A DNA stretch of 64,000 nt from Octopus bimaculoides. Its lineage: Eukaryota. The stretch lies in NCBI RefSeq assembly GCF_001194135.2, contig NC_068981.1, forward strand, positions 88,627,140 through 88,691,139, in the 5' to 3' direction. Every line of letters begins with the position of its first letter. Position 1 is the stretch's first letter. Positions 11,323 through 25,409 of the stretch are shown piece by piece. The translations under genes were made by a program, and so were the position numbers. Under the pieces are notes generated by a model, which was given only the letters and a program-made list of their open reading frames with translations, made no database searches and was not told the DNA's origin.

Positions 11323-12309
11323 TAAATAAGTGATATATTTGAACAGTATATTCCGAGTATTAGTAGTAACACCAGCTATATACCGTATTACATAAGTGTA
11401 GACAAAAAGCCAATACTAACGCTAAAATTATGTAGAACTGTGAAAATGCAATAAAATTCGAAGCTTATATTTCTGTATATTTCTGATGATTATAAAATAT
11501 TTTTTATAAAAGGAATTAAAAAAAATATATGAAATATAACACAATCTAAAAAAGAAATGAGTACGATCAATTTCTTACATGATGTAATGATTTCTAACAG
11601 TGAAGAGAAATTTTGAGAAAATGTAATTTCCTAGTTCTCGCTTCATTTCACCACGCCACTGTACATTATTTTGAAAATTTCCTGGTTTAAAGAAAAATTC
11701 AGAAGCTGTTTCGATACTTCAGGTATTTCAAATTTAATTACACCGCTGTTTTCCGCTAGCTACATTAAACAAACTGAATAAGACCTAAAGAAATTTAAAA
11801 TTTTAATTACGCCTCTCTACTCCACCAGCTCGGATATATAAAATTAATCACGCAATTTTCTTTCATTTTATTTATATTTCGTGTGATCCACTGCTCACTT
11901 AACGAGAAATATCACTGTAACTTAATTATAGAAATAATGACTTAAAATAACACTTAAGATATACATTTAAGAATATATATATATATATATTTACACACAC
12001 ACACACATGCACAAAGCAAACATTTTTCTCCTACTTAGCTGCTGCCACTGGTTAACGCTGTCGAACGTGAAATTATTTCGTTTGTACGTTGTCTGACTCG
12101 GAAATATTTAAAGTTTCTAAACCAAAGACTATTTTATTCTAAATTTCTTCCCAATAAATGTCTGTTAGGATATAATTTCTAGAACCTCTAAGCAATTTAG
12201 TTTAGAAATATTACAATTCCGATGTTTAGTTCTTGTGTAGCCTATAATTGCACCATTAACTCAAATACACTTGTCATCTAAACTAACAGGCTATATTATT
12301 TTCTCGCAG

Positions 12310-12469
12310 GTATTTGATACTGTTACAGAGCCCTAAAATTTCAAAATATAACTTCACCAACTGGTGGAAAGCAGTTGAACCATTGTGCATAGATAACGAA
12401 GCTGATATTAACCGTTGTATGTTGAAACTTACTACCTTCACTCGTGGTGACTTAACTCATGGTTTGTGA
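12310..12469 (+). CDS. Candidate coding exon (product unknown)
   Basis: Branch-point-like aactaac, then tattattttctcgcag acceptor; only one open frame YLILLQSPKISKYNFTNWWKAVEPLCIDNEADINRCMLKLTTFTRGDLTHGL*; an internal gtatgt donor is possible; AT-rich UTR-like sequence with AATAAA downstream (about 13381, 13395, 13649). Confidence 0.35.
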
Positions 12470-14328
12470 TATCACAAGTTTGCAGTTTTCAGATTAGTTG
12501 ATCTCCGTAAAATGGCTGTCAACATGGTATCTTTTCCTTCATTATATTTCGTCATACTCCGCTTTGCCTCTCTAATAGCTCGAGGCGGCCAGCAATTTAG
12601 AGCATAGAACTTTTTTTTATAGAAACTTGCACATCATAGTATGTGATCCAAAAGGCAGTTGCTGTCTGATACTTGTCACTATATTTCGAGGTTGCATGTC
12701 AATGGAGCTTATGGAATAAGAACGGCAACTGTTTTACTGAGTGAATTCCGAACAATGTAAAAAGCAATCATGCGTGATATTGTTCTATGTGGACTTAAAT
12801 GTTTTGGTGTATTCTAATGGAAATAATACCGCTATGTATCGTTATGCAAGCGTTATTCATACGCCCCTCTGAAGAGTTGATTACTATGCCTAGACGTAAG
12901 ACTTTCTTGCATTGCTACAATGGTGAAGTTATGAATGAGATGGAAGCCACGGAAGATGAGTCCAATATGCTTGACTTTTAAGTTCTAGAAATACCAGGAT
13001 ACCACTGTTAAGGACGACGAAGAAATCAATGAACAGGAACTGTAGTGTAACAGTATCTGACCTATTAAATTCTTTCACTATTACTCGCTGTTTTTGAATA
13101 TTTCACTAGTCTTTATCTTTGACTATTGTTGGTGACTTGCAAAACAACCTTGTTTATCAAATCATAGTCTTTAATGATTGCGAAAGGAACGTGAAAATAA
13201 ATAACACTTGAAATGTATGGTAAGTTTAGCTAATGAACATTAAGGCTGTCTAATAAGTGTAGTATCTAGATGGATTGCAGTTGATACTATTTGGTCATAG
13301 TAGTTCCAACAAATGTGCATTTCTTTCCATCTACTTTGCTTTCCTACCTCTGTTATATTTTAATATTGTATTGTTTACTGAATAAAGGTTTTATTAATAA
13401 AGTTTATGCTGGTTTATTTGCTTTATAAATATTTCAAAATACTGAATTCTTACCTTGAGAATATTCTTTTAACTTTCAATTCTTATTTTATAAAGGTTCT
13501 GGTTCATTTAATTTCCTTGAATGTCATTTAGGTTTTTATATTTTTATTTGTTTAATGATTATTAGGAATGTCTATTTTGTACCCTTTTAGGGTTTTAACA
13601 TGCATCATCTTGTGACAAAGGTATATATTTAATCACTGAAAGTTGTGAATAAAAACATTTTTGTTCAAAAATGCCTTATCAAAATTACATACTGATGTCT
13701 TTTGATTTAAATTGAAGCAAAAGAAATATTTATTGTTAAAATTAATGAAAAAAACATTTAAATTTACGCAGAGCTATTTATATTTTAATTCTAATTTTAA
13801 TTATAATAGTAGCATGAAGCTGATGTCTGCTTGAAATATTTTGCATGTTTTGTTTTTTACGTGTTGATGTCAACGATAATCTCTATTTGTAAGAAGATCG
13901 AAAAACTGAACTAATTTTGTTATATGTGGTATATGGTATTAAAAGTTCTTTTCTTAACCAGTCGAAAAATCTGTTCCTGGAAAAGTCCCCGGGTGATGGA
14001 TATTGGAACAGCCTCTAGATATAGGATTTAGCGACGGTTATGGAAACAAGCCGTCCTGGACTAAACACAGGATGACCTTTAGCAAAGCATAGCACCCGAC
14101 AGATAGGCCACTCAATGTAGAATTACAGGTGAAGCCATGGATTGTAGTATGGTGGAAGTACAGTCTCGAGAAGGAGTAATCACTCGACTAATGGGGACAC
14201 TTGCACAATGCGGAACAGAGGAACTTTTGTAAGGGCAATGGCAGGGTCACCATGTTCTCGAAGTACTTTATCACTAACGTCTATAGACCCAACAATCTGG
14301 GATGTTATTGGCGAAAAAAGATTTCAGC

Positions 14329-14329
<1 letters not shown>

Positions 14330-14412
<83 letters not shown>
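14330..14412. repeat. (CA)n microsatellite
   Basis: Direct reading. Confidence 0.98.
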
Positions 14413-14415
<3 letters not shown>

Positions 14416-15249
14416 ACGCACAAATATGAATCAGATCGTCGTCCCATATTACCCGTTCCTCGGATAGCCAAGAAACGGGTTCTGCTGTAGTACCGGCTGT
14501 GGCTCAAAGTTCAAAATATCAGCTTCAGAGCCAGACTAACTACTTTTCATTATTAAAATGCAAATGCACAACCATAATCTCAACTTTCAATGTGCGAACT
14601 ATAAAAATCTGTGCAAGCTTGACTAGATATGTTAAGAGTGTTTACAAAGTCTCTGTATATTAATATTTTATAACTTGACTGTCAATTTAAATACCATTCA
14701 AGAATGATAGAAATACAGAATTTTTTCTTGCAGTGTCAACGATCCTGTCAGTACTGTCTCTTCTGCAAGTTCTACTGGAGTCGTAGAAGATAGCTAATCG
14801 ATGCTTTGCAGTAGATCAAAGATCATAATTAGAGTTATATTGATCATCACAAATTTTTTTTTCTAGTTTCGAAAATAATCATTCAATTAGTGAAACGTTG
14901 AAGTTTATTCTAGTTTGAGATAAATTTCTAAAATAAACATCAGAAAATTTATACATCTTTAATATGCCGAGCAAAAATATAGATCGTAAAGAAACATTGA
15001 TAAGTACATAAAATATTTCCTGTTTTAAACTCTAATCAATTACGTTTATATTACGCATGATCACCTTGATAGAAATAAATAACTTAGAAAACAAGTTTTC
15101 TAACTGTTAGCAAAGGTGTATCATATTCAGAGAAATGAATTGAATCTGGGACATAGATGATTTTATTGAAATATTTGCTGGATTTGAAAACCGAGCGCAA
15201 TAGCCCAAATGGCCTCTCTCTCTGTTATAGCTTCAGCCTCATAAATATT

Positions 15250-15850
15250 GGTTTCTAATTTCAGCACAAGGCCAGCAATTTCTCTGTGGGATGGGAGCTG
15301 GAGGTAAGTCGATTATATCGACCCCGGTGATCAACTGCTACTTATTTTATCGATTTCGAATGGACGAAAGGCAAAGTCGATCCCATCAGCATTTGGACTC
15401 AGAACGTAAAGACGGACGAAATGCCGCTAAGCCCGGTGTGCTAATGATTCTGCCATCTCACCATCTTTAGCTTCATTAATATTAAGAAAAAACATATCAA
15501 AGCGATGTGCTGGCAGAATCGTTAGCGTTACGGACAAAATGCTCAGTGGCATTTCTTCAGTCTTTATGTTCTGAGTTCAAATTCCGCCGAGGTCAACTTT
15601 GTTTCTAATTCCTTTCGAGGTCGATGAAATAAGTAGCAGTTGAGCACTGGGGTCAATGTAATCGACTTATCTCACACCCAAAATTCTGACCTTGTCCTTT
15701 TGATTTAGGAACAAAACTAGTAATTTTTCGAAGCGAGGGGATTAGTCAATTCCATCGACTCCAGTATTTAATTGGTAATTTCGTGTATCGATTCCAAAAG
15801 GATGGGAGGCGAAATTGATCTGACCGAGATTTCAGCTCAGAACGCCAGAT
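15250..15850. mobile_element. Three adjacent SINE family A copies in alternating orientation (-,+,-)
   Basis: Matches at about 15250-15470 (-), 15500-15710 (+) and 15720-15850 (-). Confidence 0.82.
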
Positions 15851-18158
15851 CATATACTGCGAAGCGTAATTTGTCACCAAGCCATACTCACTTGCAAGTG
15901 ACATCTACATGAGTGATACTTTTTAGTTTTTAGCACCTCAGTTTTAGATGAGAAAAATATTTTTTTAATATATACATATCCATTACATTTCTGTCGGTTT
16001 GTCTTCTAATCGGCATCAGGTATTTTATTTATGCATATGAAGAACTCCGTACCAGGCTGGATTGAAAATAAGAATATTTATTAAAAATTAAGGGTAAAAA
16101 CTCTCGTATCAATAAAGCAGCTTATGCATCTGATGGTGATCGGAGAGCAAACTGAATGAAACATACAAAGCCTCATGAAATAGAATCCATTATGTCACGA
16201 GCCCACTTTCCCATCAGCTTATAAGCTGTATCAATTTAAATTTAACATAAGTGAGGATTTGGTTTACTTGTGAGAGCACCAGACAAAATACATTGCAGTT
16301 ATTTATTCCACTTTCTGATGTTCTGATTTTAAATCCCAAAGAAGCCAACTTTGCTGCTTATTCATCCAGGGTTGATATATAGAGTACCGTTTTTGGACAG
16401 TGAACTGGCAGAATTGTCGTAGCATCGGATGTGTGTCGCTCCAGCTCTTTGTGTTCTAAGATACAATACCATAGTGGTCTATTGCAGTAGTAGACCTAAT
16501 CCATTGCTTAGTTTAACGCCACCATCTGGTCACTGGATGCCTTTTGCGGACTCTAATCTGTTGCAAGCATTGATACCTTGTTTCTGGTCAGTGGGGACCT
16601 TCTTACCTCTCTTCAAATAAGTCCAGAGGCCTTTGTGAAAAGCCATGGACATCGGCTTTCACTCCTAATTAAAGAATTAAAAAAAATTACTGCATAACAT
16701 CTAGTTATGGCGATTTCCTTATCTGATAATATTCAAAAGGACTGACGATATAGCCATTAATCATCACATTAATGAATATGGAAATTTGCTTACTACGTCC
16801 TCAGAAAGACTTGAACCTATCAAGTTCAGATACTTTCATAAATTATATCAAAATTAAAAGTTTAATGATCTATCAACTGAATTATGTGAGTGTTACATTA
16901 GTGGCCAGGTAGCAGAAGTGCGACGAAATTTTTGACACTGCATATTAAGATATGAAAATCTTTCTGTTCTGTTTGAGATACTCTCTGTCGTTGCTTAGAT
17001 GCAACCCCTCTCTCATAATCGCATAAAATTTACTTTTGTTTCTTCATTACGCTCTCTTATTAAGTATTCATTTTCCGTCTCGAAATATTCACGTGACTGT
17101 ATTGTGTCTTTTTTTTTATGTCACAGTTTTTATAAACAATAGGATCGTTGGTTCCATATATATGCAATGGGCGCCTGCACATATCTAATTCTGCATATAA
17201 AGTAATGGTTAATTTTAGACTATGGTAGAGGGCAATTGGTCAAGGTTTTGTGTCATAGGTTCGAACCAAGATTCACGTGGTTGCATTGCAAACTGTTTTA
17301 GTTACACAGCCATATCAACTCCTTTTGATGTTAAGAAAATTACTTTTCGTAGTAATAATTTTCCTAAGACGCTGTGATAGTATCTCTCTTTTTTTCTCCT
17401 TGGTGTCTGCTAACGAGATTAGAAAGTCTTTCCCTCTTAGATATTTCTTCTTCTTTTGTAGGTGCAATATTTATCTCTATATGCTTTACACTATCTTTCC
17501 TCTTAGTGTCTGTATTGGCGTTTTTAAAGCAATTCAGATTAGCTAAAAATAAACAAGAAAACAACACAAAATAACAACGATGAACACAAACAACATTCCC
17601 TTTTATGTTAAACTTCGCAGAAAGTACTGTCAATAAATAATTAAGTTGACGATAAAATTCAGCTAAACTTTTGTACCTTTTGATCAGAGAGAAAAATCTA
17701 TGTGGAAAACTGGATAGTTTTGGTGTATTTATAGAAGTCAATAAATACTATATATATNNNNNNNNNNNNNNNNNNNNNNNNNNNNNNNNNNNNNNNNNNN
17801 NNNNNNNNNNNNNNNNNNNNNNNNNNNNNNNNNNNNNNNNNNNNNNNNNNNNNNNNNNNNNNNNNNNNNNNNNNNNNNNNNNNNNNNNNNNNNNNNNNNN
17901 NNNNNNNNNNNNNNNNNNNNNNNNNNNNNNNNNNNNNNNNNNNNNNNNNNNNNNNNNNNNNNNNNNNNNNNNNNNNNNNNNNNNNNNNNNNNNNNNNNNN
18001 NNNNNNNNNNNNNNNNNNNNNNNNNNNNNNNNNNNNNNNNNNNNNNNNNNNNNNNTATATATACATATATGTGTATATATATATGTATATGTATGTATGG
18101 GTGTGTGTGTGTATAGTTTTTACAGAAATCAATAAACACTATGTATATATATATTTAT

Positions 18159-18207
<49 letters not shown>

Positions 18208-18938
18208 TACACACACACACACACATACCACATAATACACATATGCATACACACGCACATACACATTCGCACGCACACACACACACACGCACACACACGC
18301 ATATAGATAAACACATACACATACATACACGTGTGTATGTGTGTTTTCTGTTTGAAAAAGCAAAGACGCTCTGCAGTTCAGATGTTAGACTTCAGAAAAA
18401 AAGACGTAGAAGGAAAATTAAGATGTTTTTACATTTCCGTCTGTTATTAACGACGAATACATGAGATGGATCTAAAATAGCATCATGATGTCGGTTTGAT
18501 GGGAGCTTATGTTGTTATTTCTGTTCTTTGCATTTAAGCTAGCTTTGATTGAGCAGGCCAATTAGAAAACATCTTGTTATTTTACTGGGTACAGGGTACA
18601 CAAGGACCACATTATCCAAAATGCCCTATTTTTTGTATCAAGTGAGAGGTTTCGGTTTGAGGGAAAGTTTGATTGCTATCTTCAGCATATCGAATAATAC
18701 AGCATTGCTATCATAAATATAAACATTATTGTATAATTAATAGGAATATAATACATATACCTTTGGATTTTTAACCCTCCGTTGGTGTAGGTCAGAGTTT
18801 CACTCTTACAACTTTATCAGAAGCTGGATGTACAAGGCAAGGCAAGGTAATCAGGCAAGTAATTTTAGTATACAGTCTACATCGGTAGAACTTGAACTCA
18901 GAGATCATTCTCCTCCTAGTCTGACTACATTTGATCCG

Positions 18939-19028
<90 letters not shown>

Positions 19029-19349
19029 TAGGGAGGAATTCCCTTCTTGATTTCTCCCGAAACGACGAGTTGACCTCCGTAGTATTTGAATTAAGAACGC
19101 AGAGAGCTCCAACTCCGCAAGATATTCTACCCAATGCTATAACAATTCTCTCAATTCACTGCTTTATAAGAAAATTCATAAAAAGATGAATGGTTATTCT
19201 AAAGGGACACTATGAGAAATGGCAACTCTGAAGGTTGAACAGACAAAGGCTATCAGTATTGACATAAGGACTGACTGCATCCATTATCCAATAGAACCAG
19301 TTTTTGTTTTTGTGAAAAAATTTATAAATCAACAGAAAAATGTTTTCTT

Positions 19350-19670
19350 TCCATCGTTAGGTCTAAAACAACGGATTATCGAGAGGCTAGGAGACCGAGC
19401 AGATCGATTAGTGGTGTTATTCTTGAACAATTGTAAATATACGGCAACATGGAAGATCTGGACAGGAAAAGAATTCCAGAGGCTTCACAGTGTGAAGAGA
19501 AAGGATTGGGAAAAAGAAGTTAGTGTTGGGCCTGGTAGGGTAAACAACAAGGTTACAATATGGATGACGAGAAGAGGAGAGACGTGTGGATTGGGGAGGT
19601 TGAGTGAAGATGGCAAGAGGTCGACTAGTCCCACATGCAGAGGCCGCTACAATATCGGTTGCTGAAGATA
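19350..19670 (-). mobile_element. 3' end of a CR1/L2-like LINE
   Basis: Minus-strand frames STRLSSSRHPY..TNFFFP and LWNSFPVQIFHVAVYLQLFKNN resemble the conserved SFFPRT..LWNSLP..VFP..YNL..FK C-terminus. Confidence 0.55.
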
Positions 19671-20820
19671 AGGACTGATTTCTCGTGGAGACGTACTTGT
19701 GATATTTTTTTTTACATTTGTTTGCAATAATTTACTTTAATTTATAATACTAATTCTTCTGAGAAAAAAGATCATTATCAAAAAATGTTAGACTAAATCT
19801 CCTATGATTCTAAAGTCTGATTTCTATATGAGGGATTAACTTAACATGTTGTTTAGCTTCAGGTAATATGTTAGAACAGAACTATGATAAAATCCTCCAA
19901 ACCCTTTTTTTTTTTTTAAAATTCTAAGATAGTGTTATCGAGAACCATACTATCCGATGTGCTCTTCCTTACATAAGATAATATAGTTTGATTTGAGGGA
20001 GGGTTGCTTGCAATTTTCTTCTGAGTTTTCCACGTTTGCAGACAAAGAAATTTCTAACAATTCAGAAACATAATGACTTATATTCATTAACTTTAAGACA
20101 TGGTAATGATTGTTTTTGAAATTTAAGCATTAGATATAAGCAGTGTTGAGAGTTGTATAACTTGTATTATATCTATCGTTTTAGAGATATCTATGCACTT
20201 TTCGCTCTGAACGATATTTATAATGATTATGTTTTTCCTTTTCACAGATTTTATTAAAATTTCTAATATTTATATTTGTAGTTTTTAAAATTTAAACGAA
20301 GTGTAGTAATACTAAAGCAGTTGAATTGCCTTGTAAATACAAAATCAGTTCGAACATTATTTACAGAGATTTCATTAGATTTTCAATTCTCAAAGGAGAA
20401 ATGAAATTGCCCAATATTATGTTGAATGAATAAAAAATATAACACTTCAACTGCAATAATAGATGATCTACCAGAAATGTTTAACAGTATTGATTTTTAA
20501 ACAAAAGTGAAATTCAATACAGAATATTTGTGGTTTGTAAAAGATTCTCAAACATACTTTTAGAAAGATATGTTAAGATAGCCAATAACAGCTATTAGAG
20601 GCGTGTTTATTGCGATTCGAAAAATAATTTTATTTCCTTCTAAATTGAAGAATATTTGTTTAACTTAGTTCAACTCTAAATTAATATTTTCTGTAGCTAT
20701 GGTGATATGGAATATAATGAAAACGAGCATTGAGGTGGTAACTGAATTAAATTTTCGAAGTTACTTCATATCTTGTAAGGTTTCCATGATTCTAAAGACC
20801 ACTTAAGAAACAACAAAATG

Positions 20821-21074
20821 TCATTCCGAAGAAAGATATACACTATCTGTCCTCTCATTGAAGCCATATAAAGCAATTGCCAATGCATTTAAGCCTGCAA
20901 GTTCATAGTTCAATTCACTATAAATAAGCATCACGTGGAAGTGTCTTGTTTTGTTTTTACTTTGGGCTTTAACCTCTTGGTCGAGTCGTAAGGAAGCCGC
21001 CCTGACATCTGGTGTGTCTTGGATGTACACATCTACCGGAGCCCTTCCCTCTCCTGAACTAATCACTAAGATTT
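20821..21074 (-). CDS. Candidate terminal coding exon, 83 aa (product unknown)
   Basis: Strong polypyrimidine tract ending ctctctgtaaag; globular-looking frame (E)ILVISSGEGRAPVDVYIQDTPDVRAASLRLDQEVKAQSKNKTRHFHVMLIYSELNYELAGLNALAIALYGFNERTDSVYLSSE*; minus-strand AATAAA near 20606 and 20627. Confidence 0.5.
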
Positions 21075-21325
21075 CTTTACAGAGAGAAAGAAGACAAAAA
21101 AGAAAACGAAAGAGGAGAATCTCGTCTAAGAGTTGATCAACACTGAAAGTATATGTATATATTCACCAATAGATATATACACACGTTTATACGTGCATTT
21201 GTTATGTGTACATTTGTGTATGTATGTATGCACACACACACACACATATATATTTACGCTACACACATACACATGCGCATATATATATATATATGTGTAT
21301 ATGTATATGCATGTATATATATATG

Positions 21326-21373
<48 letters not shown>

Positions 21374-21599
21374 CACACATACATATGTATGCATGCACAC
21401 ATATATTTACACAACGACATACAGGCACATATGATATTACATTCACACACAGTTCAGCAGTAACTAAATGAATAATCAATAAAGTCTAAGAACCTTAGAA
21501 TACGATATTAAAAACGGAATAATGAGAAGGTAAACAAGAAGAGTTCTTGTTTTTAGTGAAAATAAAGAATAAATGATGAAAAGAATGGATGTGGAATAG

Positions 21600-21990
21600 A
21601 TATGAATATGAAGCCATGAGAAGCTGGCCAAAATGTATTTTGGAGTCCTTCAGTTTGTTATAAAACAAATAGATTTTGTATATAGCTTCATCTAAAAATG
21701 GCCCAGATTTTTGGTATATGTTAAGACAGGTGACTTGTATAATGTGACAGTAGTGTCTTTGTTAGATGACCAGTAATGTTTCTTCTGATTGTTCCTAGTA
21801 TCATATTTATTGCTTTCAGCTTTGACCGATGCAGAACATAAAATTCCGAATTCATTGATTTTCGTATCTAAGTCAGTTTTCTCTTCTGTGAATGTGAATA
21901 GTCTTATCACCAAAGTATTATTTATACACGGGACTTTCTTGGACAAAGTATGACATTTGATTTTACTTGTATTGATCACTGGAGAGTCCT
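21600..21990 (-). mobile_element. CR1-like LINE RT C-terminal fragment
   Basis: INTSKIKCHTL (cf. LN..KCKVM) and VTLYKSPVLTY (cf. LYK..VRPILEY), heavily decayed. Confidence 0.5.
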
Positions 21991-22981
21991 TTTACTATTT
22001 CTATGAAATTAATATAGATCTTTGGATAATATATAGATCAAGCCAATGAAAGAGTTTGTACAGGGCCACTCGACTTGCTAGAATTAATATTGAAATCAAA
22101 ATTTATCGTCTTTTTTTTTAAGGGACACATATAATGTGGCTTAAAATAAACTATATTTGTAAAGAGGGCATGACTATCGCTAGAATATCTCTAGTCATAG
22201 GTCTACTGGAGCAGTACTGACGTCGAGCTAAACGATAACGTATATAGGATGGCTATGCCTGTCAGGTATCCTTCACAGTTTTACGGTATAAAAGACTCAT
22301 TTCCAAGAATGCTTGTGTCGATAGATAAAGAACAAATATAGATGTATTTTGAAATGTGATGACATAGACTACAGACAAACGTTTTGAGTAGACCCTTCAT
22401 CGAGGAAAAAAAAAGAATGAAAAGTTGGGAAACTTGTTTGAAAATACATCATTAACAGAAAAGTGGTACAAGCAATAAAAGCAAACTATAACCTTTACCA
22501 TTGTCACTATAGCAACCAAACTAGTACTATATGTAATTTAGAATTGTGAAAATATGAAGTCTAGATATTATATTTCAGAGGATCGTCTTGTTTTTATAAA
22601 ATAAGGTTTTGTTCAAGATATTACTGAGCGAAGTGGAAGTTCTTCAGAAGAAAGCAACGAACAAATGTATATACATTTTTATTGATATACATACTTATGT
22701 TTGTATGTATGCATATGCATATAAATACACATACATACAGTTAATCATTAATTAAATAATGACAGAGAAATACAAATTAAGTTTTCTACTGATGTTCTAA
22801 CCTAATTGATGATTGCTTTATAGGCTGATAATATGTGCCATTTATTGGAGAAAAAATTTCTTTGAGGAGTGATGTACAAACCGTGAAACAGTTTGCCAGA
22901 AGATTCCCCTTTTTTCTGTGCAACAGTTGTAATAGGAATGTATTTACATTTTTATTTTCACGTTTGTATATACATATGTTT

Positions 22982-23365
22982 GTGAAGGCGCAATGGCCCA
23001 GTGGTTATGGCAGCGGACTCGCGGTCATAGGATCGCGGTTTCGATTCCCAGACCGGGCGTTGTGAGTGTTTATTGAGCGAAAACACCTAAAGCTCCACAA
23101 GGCTCCGGCAGGGGTTGGTGGCGAACCCTGCTGTACTCTTCCACCACAACTTTCTCTCACTCTTTCTTCCTGTTTCTGTTGTTCCTGTATTTCAAAGGGC
23201 CAGCCTTGTCACACTGTGTCACGCTGAATATCCCCGAGAACTACGTTAAGGGTACACGTGTCTGTGGAGTGCTCAGCCACTTGCACATTAATTTCACGAG
23301 CAGGCTGTTCCGTTGATCGGATCGACTGGAACCCTCGACGTCGTAAGCAACGGAGTGCCAACAAC
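22982..23365 (+). mobile_element. Full-length SINE family B with 12-bp TSD
   Basis: tRNA-like head GGCGCAATGGCCCAGTGGTTA..GGTTTCGATTCCC; tail ..CGGAGTGCCAACAAC; TSD ATACATATGTTT at 22970-22981 and 23366-23377. Confidence 0.93.
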
Positions 23366-24305
23366 ATACATATGTTTATCATAGAACATTTTTATCGAAA
23401 CTTTCTGTTGATATTTCCACCCCACCACAAAAAAAGTGTTATATATGTTTTTTAATACATTGTTATATGCTAATATGATCAACAAGTTGCTTACTGCATT
23501 ACACGAATATGACAAAAAAGCACACAATTTCACAGATTTCAACCAGAAGCTGTGGCCATGCCATGGCATCGCCTTTAAAATATGTCGGCTTCGTCCCCAT
23601 GTGGGCTTAAACCACCAGTCCTTCTGTTACCATCCGAACACACTAACCGATTACACTACAGAGACAAGTAAAACCTGGCCTAATGTAAACCTTAATTATT
23701 ATATCATCAGAACCGGGAGCGAGAAACTTCGGGTAGCTTCTCACTAACTTAGGTTTGCAAATATTATTTCAATCATACGAATAGTTGTGTAACAAGAGCA
23801 TAATTGTATGCGTGTGTTTGTGAATTAGAAAGGTAATAGACATAGCTACAGGGAAAAGACCTTGCGATAACCAGTTCTAGTCCTTTACATTCTGAGTTCA
23901 AAGACCAGGCTAATTGATCGATAATGTCTTGTATGCTCCTAGGATCGTTAAAATAATTAGCTGTATGCTCTTCCCCCGAATTCTTGTCAGTATATTAGCA
24001 GTCAATATTAGTAGTGAATATTACATACGTGTGTACGTGTGTGTAATTGCTGACTTCATTTGTTTTATTTAGTGTCAGACTAAACGCCTTTTTTATTGCT
24101 TTTTCTTTATTGCTTCTCCGTTACGTTCGGCAGACAAAGCTGGCGTTAATTGAGTTTGTCTGGAAATTCTCCGTGTTTGATCAAATGAGTTTCAGTTATG
24201 TATTTCGTGGGGTTAAATTAATTAAACACCTCCCATGTGACTATCTGATGCCGTACGTGCGTAAACTATGCTACTACTACTACTACTACAATATATATAT
24301 AAATA

Positions 24306-24363
<58 letters not shown>

Positions 24364-24599
24364 TATGTATGCATTAAATATATCACTCTACGATAGAGTG
24401 TGTATCTGGTGGCCCGATCTGATAGATACAGTAGCCAACCAAATCACCGTCAAATATTATGCCACTGTCTTGAATAGCAAGAAATACATTGCATACAGAA
24501 TGTCAAAATTATTGATGGGATGGTCATAGGAGGAATCCTTTTAATCAGTGAGGGAGGTTAAGCTGGAGCTGAAAACGTTGAAGTTGAAATTCATACACA

Positions 24600-24840
24600 C
24601 ACACACACACACACATACACACACACGCACGCACACACACACACATACATACACACACTAGTATACCCGTGTCGTAAAATTGCCGACAATTTTATTACAT
24701 ATACACGACAGGTTTCCACATAGTTTCCGTCTTCCAAAATCACACACAAGGAATTAGTCGGCCTGGGGCTATAGTAGAACACACCAAGGTGCCGAAGACT
24801 GGGAGTGAAATCGAAACTCTCATCCTAACCGCAGTGCCAT
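24600..24840 (-). mobile_element. SINE family C fragment with internal (CA)n
   Basis: TAGTTTCCGTCTTCCAAAATCACACACAAGG..GGGCTATAGTAGAA matches family C. Confidence 0.7.
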
Positions 24841-25409
24841 ATTTGTTTGTGGTATGTTTTCATCTATCATAACAAGTCAAAGACTTTGATGAATTAAATG
24901 GAAAATTAGTCTGAAGTACCAGACACAAATTATTCCCAGTATTAAAAATAAAAATATAAAATGATGCAAGTGTCAGACACGGTATTATCCCCAAGTATGA
25001 TTATAATAATACTGTCGAAAAAACAAAATTTATTTTTAAAAAAATGATTTATAAAATATCAATATTTAAAACAAAAATGTTGAAAGAAATATTTAGAGTA
25101 GAAAAATATTAAAAGTTGCCAATTTATTTGCAATGTTTAATTCTTTTTTAGGTGTATAAATATTATTTATTAATACTCTCGAAGACAACTGTAAAAGTGA
25201 CATAAAATGTAGAAGATTTATTTTGCTTTGATTTTGGTTTCCATCCTTTTGTTTTTTTTCTATTAAATCTAAAATTTCTTGGCAGCTCCGAGAATCTTTG
25301 TGATTTAATCACGTACCTCGTACACATAATCGAACATGCAGACTAGCATACACGCACGCACGCATGCACGTACGCACGAGCACACGCACAAGAGCGCACA
25401 CACACATAT

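Noticed and set aside
13930-14330. GC-richer segment with EQRNFCKGNG, vaguely like an RT QxGF motif
   Set aside because: Too short and degenerate to assign to any element.
19219-19665. 148-aa plus-strand ORF
   Set aside because: Largely the antisense frame of a CR1/L2-like 3' fragment.
22373-22405. Minus-strand TCGATGAAGGGTCTACTCAAAACGTTTGTC, hammerhead-like
   Set aside because: Core mutated at both boxes and no stem I pairing; may be a very old remnant but is not supportable.
22570-22945. Short open frames with splice-like signals on both strands (e.g. GFVQDITERSGSSSEESNEQ)
   Set aside because: No phase-consistent chain to the 20821-21074 exon; expected by chance in AT-rich DNA.
22982-23050. 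tRNA-like sequences at SINE heads
   Set aside because: A/B boxes are present but there is no complete cloverleaf, and they continue into SINE bodies with TSDs; not tRNA genes.
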